Positions 18,605 to 29,738 of a DNA stretch of 64,000 nucleotides are shown in pieces. Source of the stretch: Nostoc sp. GTDB taxonomy: Bacteria; Cyanobacteriota; Cyanobacteriia; Cyanobacteriales; Nostocaceae. Both the position numbers and the translations under genes were made by a program. The stretch covers positions 1,242-65,241 of the forward strand of contig NZ_JBALDA010000031.1 in the NCBI RefSeq assembly GCF_036917535.1. Direction: 5' to 3'. A model generated the notes under the pieces. That model had not been told where the DNA came from. It saw nothing but the letters and a program-made list of their open reading frames with translations, and searched no databases. How positions within the stretch are numbered: the first letter of the stretch is position 1; the number at the start of each line of letters is the position of its first letter.

Positions 18605-19984
18605 ATGAAAGTCACCCAAAGCAAAATCAACGAACTGCTCACTGAAACAGGATGCGAGCATAATCAGCACAAACAATCCGAAAAGAAAAACAAGTCATGC
18701 GCTCAACAGGCACAACCTGGCGCGGCTCAAGGGGGCTGCGCTTTTGATGGTGCAATGATTTCCCTAGTGCCGATCGCAGATGCTGCTCATTTAGTCCACG
18801 GGCCGATCGCCTGTGCTGGTAATTCCTGGGGTAGTCGTGGTAGTCTGTCGTCTGGCCCGCAACTCTACAAAATGGGCTTTACCACTGACTTGGGTGAAAA
18901 TGATGTCATCTTCGGTGGCGAAAAGAAACTCTATAAAGCGATTCTAGAACTCAAAGAGCGCTACCAACCAGCAGCAGTATTCGTCTACGCCACTTGCGTT
19001 ACAGCCTTAATTGGCGATGATATGGATGCTGTCTGCAAAGCTGCGGCTGAAAAAATTGGTATTCCTGTTGTTCCCGTCATTGCCCCAGGATTCATTGGCA
19101 GTAAAAATCTCGGCAACCGTTTTGGCGGTGAATCTTTGTTAGAATATGTTGTCGGCACAGCAGAACCGGAACATACAACGCCTTATGATATTAACTTAAT
19201 CGGTGAATACAACATCGCCGGTGAAATGTGGGGAGTAACACCACTGTTAGAGAAATTAGGCATCCGGATTTTGTCTAAAATTACGGGCGATGCTCGCTAC
19301 AATGAAATTCGCTACGCCCACCGCGCCAAGCTCAACGTCATGATCTGCTCACGAGCGTTGCTGAATATGGCGAGAAAGATGGAGGAACGTTACAACATCC
19401 CCTACATTGAAGAGTCTTTTTACGGCATCGATGATATGAATCGCTGTCTGCGAAACATCGCTGCTAAATTAGGCGACGCTGACTTACAGGAGCGGACAGA
19501 AAAGCTAATTGCAGAAGAAACGGCTGCTTTAGATTTGGCATTAGCTCCCTATCGCGCTCGACTCAAAGGTAAACGGGTTGTGTTGTATACAGGTGGTGTC
19601 AAGAGTTGGTCGATTATATCGGCTGCTAGGGATTTAGGTATTGAAGTTGTTGCTACCAGTACTCGCAAAAGTACTGAAGAAGATAAAGCCAAAATCAAAA
19701 AGTTGCTCGGCAACGATGGCATCATGTTGGAGAAGGGCAACGCCAAGGAATTGCTACAAGTGGTTAAAAACACTAAAGCAGATATGCTGATTGCTGGTGG
19801 ACGTAACCAATATACCGCTTTGAAAGCTCGAATTCCTTTCCTTGATATTAACCAAGAACGCCATCATCCTTATGCAGGTTATGTGGGAATGATTGAGATG
19901 GCGCGGGAATTGTACGAAGCTCTCTATAGCCCGATTTGGGAACAAATACGCAAACCCGCTCCTTGGGACGAGGAGGCTGTTTAA
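18605..19984 (+). CDS. nifE: FeMo-cofactor scaffold NifE
   Basis: [24 protein letters not shown] and YTGGVKSWS motifs. Confidence 0.97.
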   Translation: MKVTQSKINELLTETGCEHNQHKQSEKKNKSCAQQAQPGAAQGGCAFDGAMISLVPIADAAHLVHGPIACAGNSWGSRGSLSSGPQLYKMGFTTDLGENDVIFGGEKKLYKAILELKERYQPAAVFVYATCVTALIGDDMDAVCKAAAEKIGIPVVPVIAPGFIGSKNLGNRFGGESLLEYVVGTAEPEHTTPYDINLIGEYNIAGEMWGVTPLLEKLGIRILSKITGDARYNEIRYAHRAKLNVMICSRALLNMARKMEERYNIPYIEESFYGIDDMNRCLRNIAAKLGDADLQERTEKLIAEETAALDLALAPYRARLKGKRVVLYTGGVKSWSIISAARDLGIEVVATSTRKSTEEDKAKIKKLLGNDGIMLEKGNAKELLQVVKNTKADMLIAGGRNQYTALKARIPFLDINQERHHPYAGYVGMIEMARELYEALYSPIWEQIRKPAPWDEEAV

Positions 19985-21324
19985 TGGCGATCGTTACCAC
20001 TTCTAACAAAGCACTGACAGTTAATCCCCTCAAGCAAAGTCAAGCTTTGGGTGCAACCTTAGCCTTTTTGGGATTGAAAGGGACAATGCCCTTATTCCAC
20101 GGTGCTCAAGGTTGTACTGCTTTCGCCAAAGTTGTCCTGGTGCGGCATTTCCGGGAAGCGATTCCCTTAGCTACCACAGCGATGACGGAAGTCACTACTA
20201 TTTTGGGTGGTGAAGAGAATGTAGAGCAAGCAATTCTGACTCTGGTAGAAAAAGCTAACCCAGAAATTATTGGTTTATGTACTACTGGGTTGACTGAAAC
20301 TAGAGGTGATGACGTCGAGGGTTTTCTGAAAGAAATCCGCGATCGCCATCCCGAATTGAATAATTTAGCGATCGTTTTTGCACCTACCCCAGATTTTAAA
20401 GGTGCGTTGCAAGATGGCTTTGCCGTGGCTGTGGAAAGCATAGTTAAGGAAATTCCTCGTGCAGGTGAAATCAGAACTGAACAAGTGACGATTTTGGCGA
20501 GTTCTGCCTTCACACCTGGGGATGTACAGGAAATCAAAGAGATAGTCACGTCCTTTGGATTAGTGCCGATCTTTGTACCTGACCTTGGCGCTTCTTTAGA
20601 TGGTCATTTAGAGGATGGTTATAGTGCGATTACAGTCAGTGGCACTAGCTTAAAACAGCTACGAGAAGTAGGTAGCTCTGCTTTCACCCTCGCATTAGGT
20701 GAAAGTATGCGGGGGGCTGCCAGGATTCTCGAAGAACGCTTTGACACGCCTTATGAGGTGTTTAGCGAACTGACAGGATTAGAACCAGTAGATGAATTTA
20801 TCCAAGCATTGGCGTTTCTGAGCGGTAATAGCGTACCCGAAAAATACCGCCGCCAACGTCGTCAGTTGCAAGACGCGATGCTGGATACCCACTTTTACTT
20901 CGGTGCAAAACGAGTTTCCTTAGCATTGGAACCAGATTTGCTATGGTCAACAGTGCATTTCCTGCAATCGATGGGAGCGCAAATTCATGCGGCGGTGACA
21001 ACCACGCGATCGCCCCTACTAGAACAACTCCCGGTGAAAAGCGTCACCATCGGCGATTTGGAAGACTTTGAGAGTTTAATAGATGGCTCTGATTTGCTGA
21101 TTGGTAACTCGAATGTCAGTGCGATCGCAAAACAGCTCTCAGTTCCTCTTTATCGTCTAGGATTGCCCATTTATGACCGCTTAGGTAATGGTCAATTTAC
21201 CAAAGTTGGCTATCGAGGCACTATAGAATTTGTATTTGGCATCGGCAACCTGTTTTTAGAACAAGAAGAGTCATTAGTAACTAGTCATTCGTCATTAGTA
21301 AGTAATACCAATTTGAAAAAATAA
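19984..21324 (+). CDS. nifN: FeMo-cofactor scaffold NifN (start at ATG overlapping the nifE stop)
   Basis: NPLKQSQALGA and HGAQGCTAFAKV motifs; TAATG coupling. Confidence 0.96.
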   Translation: MAIVTTSNKALTVNPLKQSQALGATLAFLGLKGTMPLFHGAQGCTAFAKVVLVRHFREAIPLATTAMTEVTTILGGEENVEQAILTLVEKANPEIIGLCTTGLTETRGDDVEGFLKEIRDRHPELNNLAIVFAPTPDFKGALQDGFAVAVESIVKEIPRAGEIRTEQVTILASSAFTPGDVQEIKEIVTSFGLVPIFVPDLGASLDGHLEDGYSAITVSGTSLKQLREVGSSAFTLALGESMRGAARILEERFDTPYEVFSELTGLEPVDEFIQALAFLSGNSVPEKYRRQRRQLQDAMLDTHFYFGAKRVSLALEPDLLWSTVHFLQSMGAQIHAAVTTTRSPLLEQLPVKSVTIGDLEDFESLIDGSDLLIGNSNVSAIAKQLSVPLYRLGLPIYDRLGNGQFTKVGYRGTIEFVFGIGNLFLEQEESLVTSHSSLVSNTNLKK

Positions 21325-21494
21325 TGCGACAAATAGACCATTTGTAGAGACGCGATTCATCGCGTCTTTACCCAAGGATGTGTTGCAATCATTAATTGAA
21401 TTGGTATAACAAATGACAAATGCTCAACGACAAATGACATAGACGCACCAGCGGCTTCCCGCAGGGTAGGACAAATGACAAAGGACAAATTACG

Positions 21495-21908
21495 ATGAAA
21501 ATTGGCTTCACCACGAGTGACCGAGTTCATATTAATGCTCATTTTGGAGCAGCAGATGAGATTGATGTTTATGAAATCTCGGATGAAGGATATAAATTCC
21601 TAGAGACTCGTAACTTTGATGACGACATCCAAGAAGATAACAATGAGAGTAGACTCGCACCAAAACTTGCGGCTCTAGAGGACTGCACAATTATTTATGT
21701 TATGGCAATTGGTGGTAGTGCTGCGGCTCGGTTAATCAAGAAAGGTGTCACCCCAGTAAAGGCGCGATCAGAAGAAGAAGAAATTAGCGAAGTGCTAACT
21801 AAGCTAGTCAAAACCCTCAAAGGTAATCCTCCACCTTGGTTGCGTAAAGCTTTACAGCAAAAAACCTCAAATTTTGCCGATGAAGTTGAAAATGAAGCAA
21901 CAGTATGA
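21495..21908 (+). CDS. nifX: NifX
   Basis: INAHFG, AIGGSAAARL and PPPWLRKAL motifs. Confidence 0.95.
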   Translation: MKIGFTTSDRVHINAHFGAADEIDVYEISDEGYKFLETRNFDDDIQEDNNESRLAPKLAALEDCTIIYVMAIGGSAAARLIKKGVTPVKARSEEEEISEVLTKLVKTLKGNPPPWLRKALQQKTSNFADEVENEATV

Positions 21909-22381
21909 CCGCAAATAATAGTGTTAACGGAACCGCTACAGCTGAAGTCTTGAACTCACCTTTTCTGAAGGTATTAATTAAACAAATTCGTGGTCAAGAC
22001 AGTTATGGAGTTTATCGTACTTGGTCGGATGAGTTGATTCTCAAACCCTTTCTTGTCACCAAACAAAAAAAACGAGAAATCTCCCTTGAGGGCGAAGTCG
22101 ATCCGATAACTCAAGCTCGGATTATGGCATTTTTTCGAGCTGTAGCTGCTGGGATTGAACAAGAAACAGGTTTGATATCTCAGGTTGTAGTTGATTTGAG
22201 CCATGAAGGATTTGGCTGGGCGCTAGTTTTTTCTGGTCGTCTTTTGTTAACTGTGAAAACCCTGCGAGATGCTCATCGCTTTGGCTTTGACTCACTGGAT
22301 AAATTAGCCGAAGAGGGAGAAAACTACGTCAAAAAAGGGCTTGATTTGGCAAAGCGCTTTCCTGAAATTGGCAATATTTAA
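21905..22381 (+). CDS. NifX-associated protein (DUF269-like)
   Basis: SHEGFG and LRDAHRFGF motifs; position after nifX. Confidence 0.88.
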   Translation: MTANNSVNGTATAEVLNSPFLKVLIKQIRGQDSYGVYRTWSDELILKPFLVTKQKKREISLEGEVDPITQARIMAFFRAVAAGIEQETGLISQVVVDLSHEGFGWALVFSGRLLLTVKTLRDAHRFGFDSLDKLAEEGENYVKKGLDLAKRFPEIGNI

Positions 22382-22512
22382 TTAGTCATTAGTCATTGGT
22401 CATTGGTTATTAGTAAAAGACAAATGACCAATGACATAGACGCTTCTGCGGCTTCCCGCAGGGTAGGACAAAGGACATAGACGCGCCAGCGGCTTCCCGC
22501 AGGGTAGGACAA

Positions 22513-22713
22513 ATGACAATTGAGGAACTACAAGGACAAATCAGACGGCTAAACAGCAAAGCAGGTCAAATGAAAATGGATCTGCATGATTTAGCTGAAG
22601 GTCTGCCAACAGATTACACACAACTTATGGATGTTGCAGCTGCAACTTATGAAATCTATCGCCAGTTAGATGAACTCAAGCAACATCTGAAACAATTGGA
22701 GAATGCTAAATGA
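22513..22713 (+). CDS. Small nif-cluster protein (DUF683/CCE_0567-like)
   Basis: KMDLHDLAEGLP motif. Confidence 0.85.
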   Translation: MTIEELQGQIRRLNSKAGQMKMDLHDLAEGLPTDYTQLMDVAAATYEIYRQLDELKQHLKQLENAK

Positions 22714-22803
22714 TCTAGGAGAAAAAGCATACAAACCCCTAATTTCTGGGGATTGTTAATTTTGAATTTTGAATTTTGAATTTTGAATTCGGAGCGAAGC
22801 GAC

Positions 22804-23121
22804 GTGACTGGAACTATTGATGAATTCAAGAAACTCGTAGATGCAGAAGAATTTTTTCAATTCTTTAATATGTCCTACGATTTAGAAGTTGTGAATGTAA
22901 ATCGTCTACATATTCTGAAAAAGTTTTCTCAATACATCCAGGAAATTGATGATAATTCTCCTGACTTGAGTCAAGAAGAGAAATTAAATCAATATTCTTT
23001 GGCTTTACAAAAAGCTTATCAGGTATTTATCGAATCAACACCCCACGAACAAAAGCTGTTCAAAGTGTTTAATGACAAGCCAAAAAATGTAGTCACACTG
23101 ACAGAAATCACTTCTGATTAG
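22804..23121 (+). CDS. nifW: NifW (likely GTG start at 22804)
   Basis: AEEFFQFF, VNRLHILKKF and KLFKVF motifs. Confidence 0.93.
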   Translation: MTGTIDEFKKLVDAEEFFQFFNMSYDLEVVNVNRLHILKKFSQYIQEIDDNSPDLSQEEKLNQYSLALQKAYQVFIESTPHEQKLFKVFNDKPKNVVTLTEITSD

Positions 23122-23131
23122 GAGGTATAAA

Positions 23132-23938
23132 TTGGTTAACCTGACGCCTACCGAATTAGAACGCTATCGTCGCCAAATGATGCTTCCGAATTTTGGCGAA
23201 ACAGCACAGAAGCGCCTGAAGTCAGCGACAGTTCTGGTTACAGGTGTGGGAGGATTAGGCGGTACGGCGGCGCTTTACCTAGCAGTAGCGGGTGTTGGGC
23301 GGCTAATCCTAGTCCGGGGTGGCGACTTGCGGCTAGATGATATGAATCGTCAGGTTCTCATGACTGATGATTGGGTAGGTAAGCCAAGGGTATTCAAAGC
23401 TAAAGAAACTTTGGATGCGATTAATCCTGATGTCCAAGTGGAAGCTGTTCATGATTACATCACCCCAGAAAATGTAGACTCATTAGTGCAATCCGCCGAT
23501 ATGGCTCTTGATTGCGCCCACAACTTTACAGAGCGCAATTTGTTAAATGAAGCCTGTGTGCGCTGGCGTAAGCCAATGGTGGAAGCCGCAATGAATGGGA
23601 TGGAGGCTTACCTGACAACGATTATTCCTGGTGTGACTCCTTGTTTGTCCTGTCTGTTTCCAGAAAAGCCTGATTGGGATCAGCGCGGCTTTTCAGTTTT
23701 AGGCGCTGTTTCTGGGACACTAGCTTGTCTAACAGCTTTGGAAGCTATCAAGCTGATTACCGGGTTTAGTCAGCCTCTATTATCGCAATTGCTGACAATC
23801 GACTTAAATCGGATGGAATTTGCTAAACGCCGTTCTTACCGCGATCGCTCTTGTCCAGTATGCGGTAATAATGCGCCTTGGAGACACGCGCAATCAAATT
23901 CGATGGAAGCTACAGGTATTGCACAGAATAGTCATTAG
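23132..23938 (+). CDS. hesA: HesA (ThiF/MoeB family)
   Basis: RYRRQ, GVGGLG, NRQ and two CxxC motifs (CLSC, CPVC). Confidence 0.93.
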   Translation: MVNLTPTELERYRRQMMLPNFGETAQKRLKSATVLVTGVGGLGGTAALYLAVAGVGRLILVRGGDLRLDDMNRQVLMTDDWVGKPRVFKAKETLDAINPDVQVEAVHDYITPENVDSLVQSADMALDCAHNFTERNLLNEACVRWRKPMVEAAMNGMEAYLTTIIPGVTPCLSCLFPEKPDWDQRGFSVLGAVSGTLACLTALEAIKLITGFSQPLLSQLLTIDLNRMEFAKRRSYRDRSCPVCGNNAPWRHAQSNSMEATGIAQNSH

Positions 23939-23948
23939 TCATTGGTGA

Positions 23949-24087
23949 GCCAGTGCGGTCTTCTCCCAAGGGGAGACGCCAAAGGCGATAGCGCAGCGTT
24001 AGCGAGTCATCGAGCGTCTGGGGGTTTCCCCGATGAGCAACTGGTGTTAGCGCAGCGTTAGCGACGCAGGAGCGTCACCCGAAGGGT
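23949..24087. repeat. Nested small dispersed repeat cluster within STRR
   Basis: gagccagtgcggtctt...gggggtttcccc...gagcaactggtgt interrupted by further elements; tagcgcagcgttagcga occurs twice. Confidence 0.7.
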
Positions 24088-24165
24088 CATTAGCAAAAGA
24101 CAAAAGACAAATGACAACCCACATTTGAAATCAGAACACCTAATCGCTACAAATCAGGAGAACTA

Positions 24166-24537
24166 ATGGCCATTATTTTATCAGAAAAAGCAGAATTTCG
24201 GCTGCGGGCATTCCTTAAGGGTTCCGCACCCGACGCTGATGGCGCAACTAAAGGTGTCCGCATCTCTGTAAAAGATGGTGGTTGCAGTGGCTATGAATAT
24301 GCGATGGATATCACCAGCAAGCCCCAACCAGATGATTTAGTAAGTCAGCAAGGCAAAGTACTGGTTTACGTTGATGCCAAAAGTGCGCCTTTATTAGACG
24401 GAGTTATCGTTGACTTCGTTGAAGGAGTGATGGAAAGCGGTTTTAAATTCATCAACCCCAATGCAACTGATAACTGCGGTTGTGGAAAGTCTTTCAAAGC
24501 AGGCGACTGTACGCCTACTGGTGTACCTTGCAAGTAA
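24166..24537 (+). CDS. hesB: HesB/IscA-type Fe-S assembly protein
   Basis: GGCSG and NPNA...CGCGKSF motifs. Confidence 0.93.
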   Translation: MAIILSEKAEFRLRAFLKGSAPDADGATKGVRISVKDGGCSGYEYAMDITSKPQPDDLVSQQGKVLVYVDAKSAPLLDGVIVDFVEGVMESGFKFINPNATDNCGCGKSFKAGDCTPTGVPCK

Positions 24538-24767
24538 CATCATTCTGTTAGCGTCAAGTCTAATTATAGAGATTTCCCATAGACGCACTCTGCAAAGTTT
24601 CAATGCCCTTGAGATAGCTTCTAGTTCGCGTTGCATCCCTTATCCCTGTAGAGAAGCTGACTGAACTTAGTATCTCTATAAGAAGAAGGAAAGCAAAAAG
24701 TTAGGATAGGTTGCTCAAAAACTTCGGAAATTACACCAACTGTATAACGTTTGAGGAGAATCGGTAA

Positions 24768-25067
24768 ATGGCTTCCTACCAAGTTAGATTAATCAACAAA
24801 AAAGAAGACATCGACACCACTATTGAAGTTGATGAAGAGACAACCATTTTAGAAGCAGCAGAAGAAAATGGCATTGAGTTGCCCTTTTCATGTCATGCAG
24901 GCTCCTGCTCTAGCTGTGTTGGTAAAGTTGTTGAAGGTGAAGTTAATCAAGACGATCAAAACTTTTTAGATGACGATCAGGTTTCTAAAGGGTACGCTCT
25001 ACTTTGTGTAACTTATCCTCGTTCTAATTGCACAATTAAAACACATCAAGAAGCATATCTGGTCTAA
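24768..25067 (+). CDS. fdxH: Heterocyst [2Fe-2S] ferredoxin
   Basis: [13 protein letters not shown]...LLCV; position after hesB. Confidence 0.93.
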   Translation: MASYQVRLINKKEDIDTTIEVDEETTILEAAEENGIELPFSCHAGSCSSCVGKVVEGEVNQDDQNFLDDDQVSKGYALLCVTYPRSNCTIKTHQEAYLV

Positions 25068-25309
25068 ATTATTACTTTGGCTGCTCCCTTTTGCAACTAA
25101 ATAAAAAATTAAGGATGAAGGATGAAAATATACTTCCTTCTTCCTTTCACAATTCCTAATTTATAATTTTCATTTCTTAAAAATCTAATATTATTGCTGT
25201 AATTACGCTTGACTATGCTATTGGACTCTTTTAGTCACTTAGTTATATAAACTAAATACAATTTGATATCAAAAATAGAGTGGCTTGCAAAGGAAGCCAA
25301 CTCTATTTT

Positions 25310-25519
25310 TTAATCAACAGCAACTATCACATCTGATGATTTAATCACAGCATAAGCCTGCTTACCTTCTGCAAGTGATAGCTTTTCTGCTGATGATTTT
25401 GTAATGATTGACACTAGCTCTACTCCTGGCCCTAGTTCTAAAGTTACCTCAGTATTAACTGAACCATGTACAACTTTTTTGACAGTACCCTTAAGAGAAT
25501 TACGAGCGCTAATTTCCAT
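25310..25519 (-). CDS. Molybdopterin-binding Mop/TOBE protein
   Basis: ISARNSLKG, SIITKSS and AVIKSSDV motifs. Confidence 0.9.
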   Translation of the reverse strand: MEISARNSLKGTVKKVVHGSVNTEVTLELGPGVELVSIITKSSAEKLSLAEGKQAYAVIKSSDVIVAVD

Positions 25520-25835
25520 CTTTTTAATTCGCTAAATTGAACTATTTATACTTTAGTAAGTTAACAAGTTTTTATTTTAAAAATAGCTTTTTTTAAGATA
25601 TCTTAATAATTTTGAAATAATTCTCATTTACTTAACAGTAGTATTTCTGCTTGACGAGCATTACACAAATGGGTGGGGCGGTCATTTGCTCCAAAAAGTA
25701 AGATAAAAATTAAAAAAAACTAACTATTGATGAATATTATCATCAATTTAATATAGCTATTTAATTGTGTATAAACACTGAGGTCATAAAAAATTTACGT
25801 ACTTATAATAACTAGACTAAAAAGAGGTTTATATT

Positions 25836-26717
25836 GTGCAGGATCGACTTAATACAGCAAGACAAAATCTATTTTTTGAATACTTAAGTCCAGGTGTAGG
25901 TGTAGGATTTCCTGTTCCTAAAGACTGGTTGCCAATAACAAGTTTTCCTTTACTAATCATAGTAGGTATGACTGGCGTGGGAAAAAGCACAATCACAAAA
26001 GCTTTGGTTGAAGAAGGTTTGGATTTCACACTTTTACCTAATCGTCGTATTTTAACCGAACGCGTAATAATTGCGCCAATGTTAAAAATGCAAGAGAAAC
26101 TTATGCAACCCCATTGCCGGATTAAACGCCTAACTTATACTCGCCTTTATCGAGAATACTTCCCTGGTGGAATGGGTCACATTTTAGCTTCGCTACACAT
26201 CAATCCACAACAAGTCAACTCTATGTTAGTTTTCGATAGTTTGCGTGGTGAAAATGAGGTTAGCTATGTAGCTAAGGTTTTAAAAAATGCTAAATTTGTA
26301 ATATTGACTGCACCAAATACAGTGCGTTTAGAAAGACTTTTGAAACGTCATGATTCTTTTGATTGGATTGCTAGTCAAGAGTTAGATGATAATAGGCAAA
26401 CTATCCCAGAACCACTGACAAACTTTGCTAGTTTGGGCGTACAAGAGGCTTCTGCTTATTTTACTCTTAAAGAAGAACAAGAAATCTTAGAACTTGTAGG
26501 TAAACAAGTTGTCACAGGTATAGAATTGCGGAACAAACTAAAAATATTTGTCGAAGAGAGTCAAAACTATGATTCGGTTCCTACGAAACAGATTTTAGAA
26601 GCGATGGCTTGTAGCGATCGCTCTCTTATAATTGATACTATACTCAGTCCCCAAGAATCAGCTAAAGCAATTATTTCTCAATTATGTAAATATGGTGATA
26701 TTAAAACTAACAAGTAA
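25836..26717 (+). CDS. P-loop NTPase, nucleoside-monophosphate-kinase-like
   Basis: GMTGVGKST Walker A; FDSLRGENEV; APNTVRLERLLKR lid-like motif. Confidence 0.7.
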   Translation: MQDRLNTARQNLFFEYLSPGVGVGFPVPKDWLPITSFPLLIIVGMTGVGKSTITKALVEEGLDFTLLPNRRILTERVIIAPMLKMQEKLMQPHCRIKRLTYTRLYREYFPGGMGHILASLHINPQQVNSMLVFDSLRGENEVSYVAKVLKNAKFVILTAPNTVRLERLLKRHDSFDWIASQELDDNRQTIPEPLTNFASLGVQEASAYFTLKEEQEILELVGKQVVTGIELRNKLKIFVEESQNYDSVPTKQILEAMACSDRSLIIDTILSPQESAKAIISQLCKYGDIKTNK

Positions 26718-26788
26718 ATATCAAGGAATACTGATGAATCGAACCAACAGTCAAAATTTGAGTGAAGCAACAACCCAATGGCTAATAA

Positions 26789-27796
26789 AAATTAGTACAA
26801 CTTGACCCAAATTATATAGATGCTTCAACACAGCCATCTTCATTTAAAGTTTATCCCAAGTTTTATCGGAGAGTGAAATTAAATCTCAATAATCCTGTTC
26901 ATGCTTTTATCTCATTAACTAGTGCGATAACACTAGAAAAAGTATATAAAGATGGCCCATTAAAATTACGGGTAAATCCATCAGCAGGCGCTCTGTATCC
27001 TACAGAAGTTTACGTACAGGTTCGCCGTATTGAGGGAATAGTAAATGATATATACCATCTAGAAGTTGAGAATAATTGTCTAACTCTTATCTATGAATTA
27101 ATTGATGATGGGTTAGAAAGTTATATTATACCGGGTAAAAGTATCAACGGATTCATCTTTTTAATTAGTTGTGTTTATTATAGGTCTAGCTGGAAATATC
27201 AAAACAGGAGCATAAGATATTGCTTCTTAGATAGCGGACATCATTTAGGTGCAATCGCAGCTTCAGCTTATCTCCATAAAAAAGATATACAACTAGTTTT
27301 TGACTTTGATAAACTTGTGCTCAATTCAGATTTGGGTTTTGAGAATAAAGAGTTTATCACTGCTTGTGCGGTGTCAGGAGAAATACAAGACAAGAAAATC
27401 AGACGTTTAAGGCTGAAAGTTCTTTTTGTCTGGGGTAATGATTATTTTGAATCCAATCAATTTATTGAAGATGCCTATCAAGCAACTGCTCTACAAAAGA
27501 GTTGCCAGCAGAAATTAGAGTATCCTCAATTTGATTTTAACCAGGATAAATTTTACCAAACTGTTTGGGATAGACGTTCTATTAGACGTTTCCGGAAATA
27601 GTCTATTTCTCAAGAAGATTATTTATATGTAATGCAACAACTTCAACAGCCAATACCGACAGAAAATTATGAAGAGATAGAACTTTACTCAGTGGTGCAT
27701 CGGGTAGAGGGAATGACACCTGGGTTATATAGAGGTACATATCTGGTTAAAACGGGTAATTTTAGTGAAAAAACAGGTTACTTTAGAAACAAATAA
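26789..27796 (+). pseudogene. SagB/nitroreductase family pseudogene
   Basis: RVNPSAGALYPTE, LDSGH and RRSIRRF motifs; no in-frame start (TAA at 26786); in-frame TAG at 27599; frame ends prematurely at 27796. Confidence 0.8.
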
Positions 27797-27848
27797 AGAT
27801 GTACTTTATGGAATGGTGATTGGAATATAAGCAGGAAGCTAAAGAGAG

Positions 27849-28223
27849 ATGGCTAGAAAGATGTATTACTTAAATGGTGATGACTCACATCCTATACAAC
27901 CGACATCTGCGGATATTATACTGCGGCAACAACTAGAAGATTCTATAAGTAGATACTTTTATGAAGCTTGCGATCGCACGATTCAAAATCTTCTATCTAA
28001 TTGTCGGTGGTATGTTACAACTCATGCCAATGCTCTGACATTGGTAATTGAATGTCCCGATCAAGTTACTAATTGGCGTGTTTTACAACAAATTGTGCCA
28101 ATGGGGACATTGCTATATGGAATTGTTAACAGTGCTAAAATCCGTGTTTGTCCGCCAGAAAGTCAAGGCATACCTTTTGAAATGAGGGTAGATGAACTTT
28201 CTGTTTATCGAGATTGGGCGTAA
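27849..28223 (+). CDS. Hypothetical protein, paralog of 48207-48581
   Basis: Shares FYxACDR, LLSNCxWY, CPD, PFE and YRDW with 48207-48581. Confidence 0.8.
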   Translation: MARKMYYLNGDDSHPIQPTSADIILRQQLEDSISRYFYEACDRTIQNLLSNCRWYVTTHANALTLVIECPDQVTNWRVLQQIVPMGTLLYGIVNSAKIRVCPPESQGIPFEMRVDELSVYRDWA

Positions 28224-28249
28224 TTCGATTTTAGATTTTGGATTGTTAA

Positions 28250-28723
28250 TTAAAAGTTAATATTCTGGCTGATAAGTGCAGCTACCTCTTCAAAAACCAA
28301 ATCAGCAGAATGTTTGACAACAGGACTTAACTCTAGTCCTAAACCAAGATTTGCCGCCTCAATCAAATAAACAGTCACATCTTCGGGAAAATCATTTTGA
28401 AAGATTTTCCGTCCGGCGGCTAAAGCATTATCCCAACGAAAATCGTGCAAGTTATAACTAGGTTCTGGCAAAGCTTCCAGTTCTTTTCCTGGAACTTTAA
28501 ACACAGCACCCGGTTCTGAACCAGTTGAACTTGCATCAATAATTACTAATTGTTTACTACCTTTAGCTTGAAACATTACTTCCATCCCTGCGGTGCCACA
28601 GTCATAAACTCGCACATGAGGATGAGGATTTTCAACTAGATATTTTTGTAAGCGTTGGGCAATGATTACGCCTACTGCATCGTCATTGCGATTTAGATTG
28701 CCGCAACCGATAATAGTTAGCAT
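28250..28723 (-). CDS. hupW: Uptake hydrogenase maturation protease
   Basis: IGCGNLNRNDDAVG, DCGTAG, IIDA and LHD motifs; lies downstream of hupL. Confidence 0.9.
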   Translation of the reverse strand: MLTIIGCGNLNRNDDAVGVIIAQRLQKYLVENPHPHVRVYDCGTAGMEVMFQAKGSKQLVIIDASSTGSEPGAVFKVPGKELEALPEPSYNLHDFRWDNALAAGRKIFQNDFPEDVTVYLIEAANLGLGLELSPVVKHSADLVFEEVAALISQNINF

Positions 28724-29024
28724 GGGATGAGATTTAATTGTTTAAGCAGTTGCAAATTCTGTGAAAGCGCGATCGCTCGGAGGATGGAAAGCTAACACAA
28801 TATCAATATCAAGTCTAATTTTGACTTTTCTAGTGTTTTGTTTCGACAACTTAACTGGCATTACTTTACGTGGGGTGTAATTATAAATTTGTCTACGGGT
28901 CGATCGCAATTCAACAATTAACGGTAATTAAAGTTTATACTTCAGGAAATCATTAGTGATTAAAACAGAGGCTCTGACTAATAATATAGACAAAGCCTCT
29001 GAAAAATAATTTATCAGCAGTAAA

Positions 29025-29447
29025 CTAGAATTCTACACCATGTTTCTTGGAAACTTCAGTCAGTTTCTCATACTGATCTTGTGATACTTTAGTTAATATC
29101 TCTTCAGCCTGTTCTTTAGTACTTCCTTCTTTAGGAATTAAATACTTAACATAAAGAGATACAAAATCAGCTGCGATCGCTAAACCGGATAAAGCATGTT
29201 TGTCAGCTTCCTTACCAGCGATCGCAGCTACCAAACCTGCTTTAATGGGGTCTGGTTTAACTTTCATGAACTGATCAACAAGTTTTGGAACGTAGTCTGC
29301 TGGTGGCAAATTATCTAACTTACTTCTATCAGGAGTAAAGTTACATTCTGCGGCTTTTGCCTGCTCTACAACACACCATTCGATGAATTCTTGCAATGCT
29401 GCATCGGGAACGCGAGGAAGATAATTATGGAGCGCTAAATCAGACAC
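29025..29447 (-). CDS. Hypothetical protein
   Basis: 140-aa ORF with plausible composition; no motif recognised. Confidence 0.65.
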   Translation of the reverse strand: MSDLALHNYLPRVPDAALQEFIEWCVVEQAKAAECNFTPDRSKLDNLPPADYVPKLVDQFMKVKPDPIKAGLVAAIAGKEADKHALSGLAIAADFVSLYVKYLIPKEGSTKEQAEEILTKVSQDQYEKLTEVSKKHGVEF

Positions 29448-29738
29448 AAGCTTACCTTGTAAATTTCTGTTTTGTTGAAGTAATTAACGCAAGCCTAACG
29501 CACTGTTTCTATAAGTTTTAGTGTGTTACGCTACGAGTTTTGAATATAAGGCATTGGGAATATAGTATTAGGCATAGGTTATTTCTCCTTTCTTTCACTC
29601 ACTCTCCACTCCCTGGCTAAAATAGTTGGTGGCGCGATCGCTGTTGTTGGTATTATGGACAGTGCCCAAATACTTAATGCTCACCTTGCTTTTTTCGTAA
29701 AGTACTATTATAAAATTAGTTTCCCAGAGGCTACGCTT

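Larger units (their letters stand above)
21440..22507 (+). repeat. Three copies of a 30-bp element inserted in caaatga/aaggaca STRR tracts (21440-21469, 22437-22466, 22478-22507)
   Basis: tagacgc(acca/ttct/gcca)gcggcttcccgcagggtag, each flanked by gaca. Confidence 0.8.

Noticed and set aside
22783-22803. N-terminal extension of NifW; similarly ORF 19936 for NifN
   Set aside because: The NifW extension is derived from STRR/intergenic sequence and the NifN extension overlaps nifE
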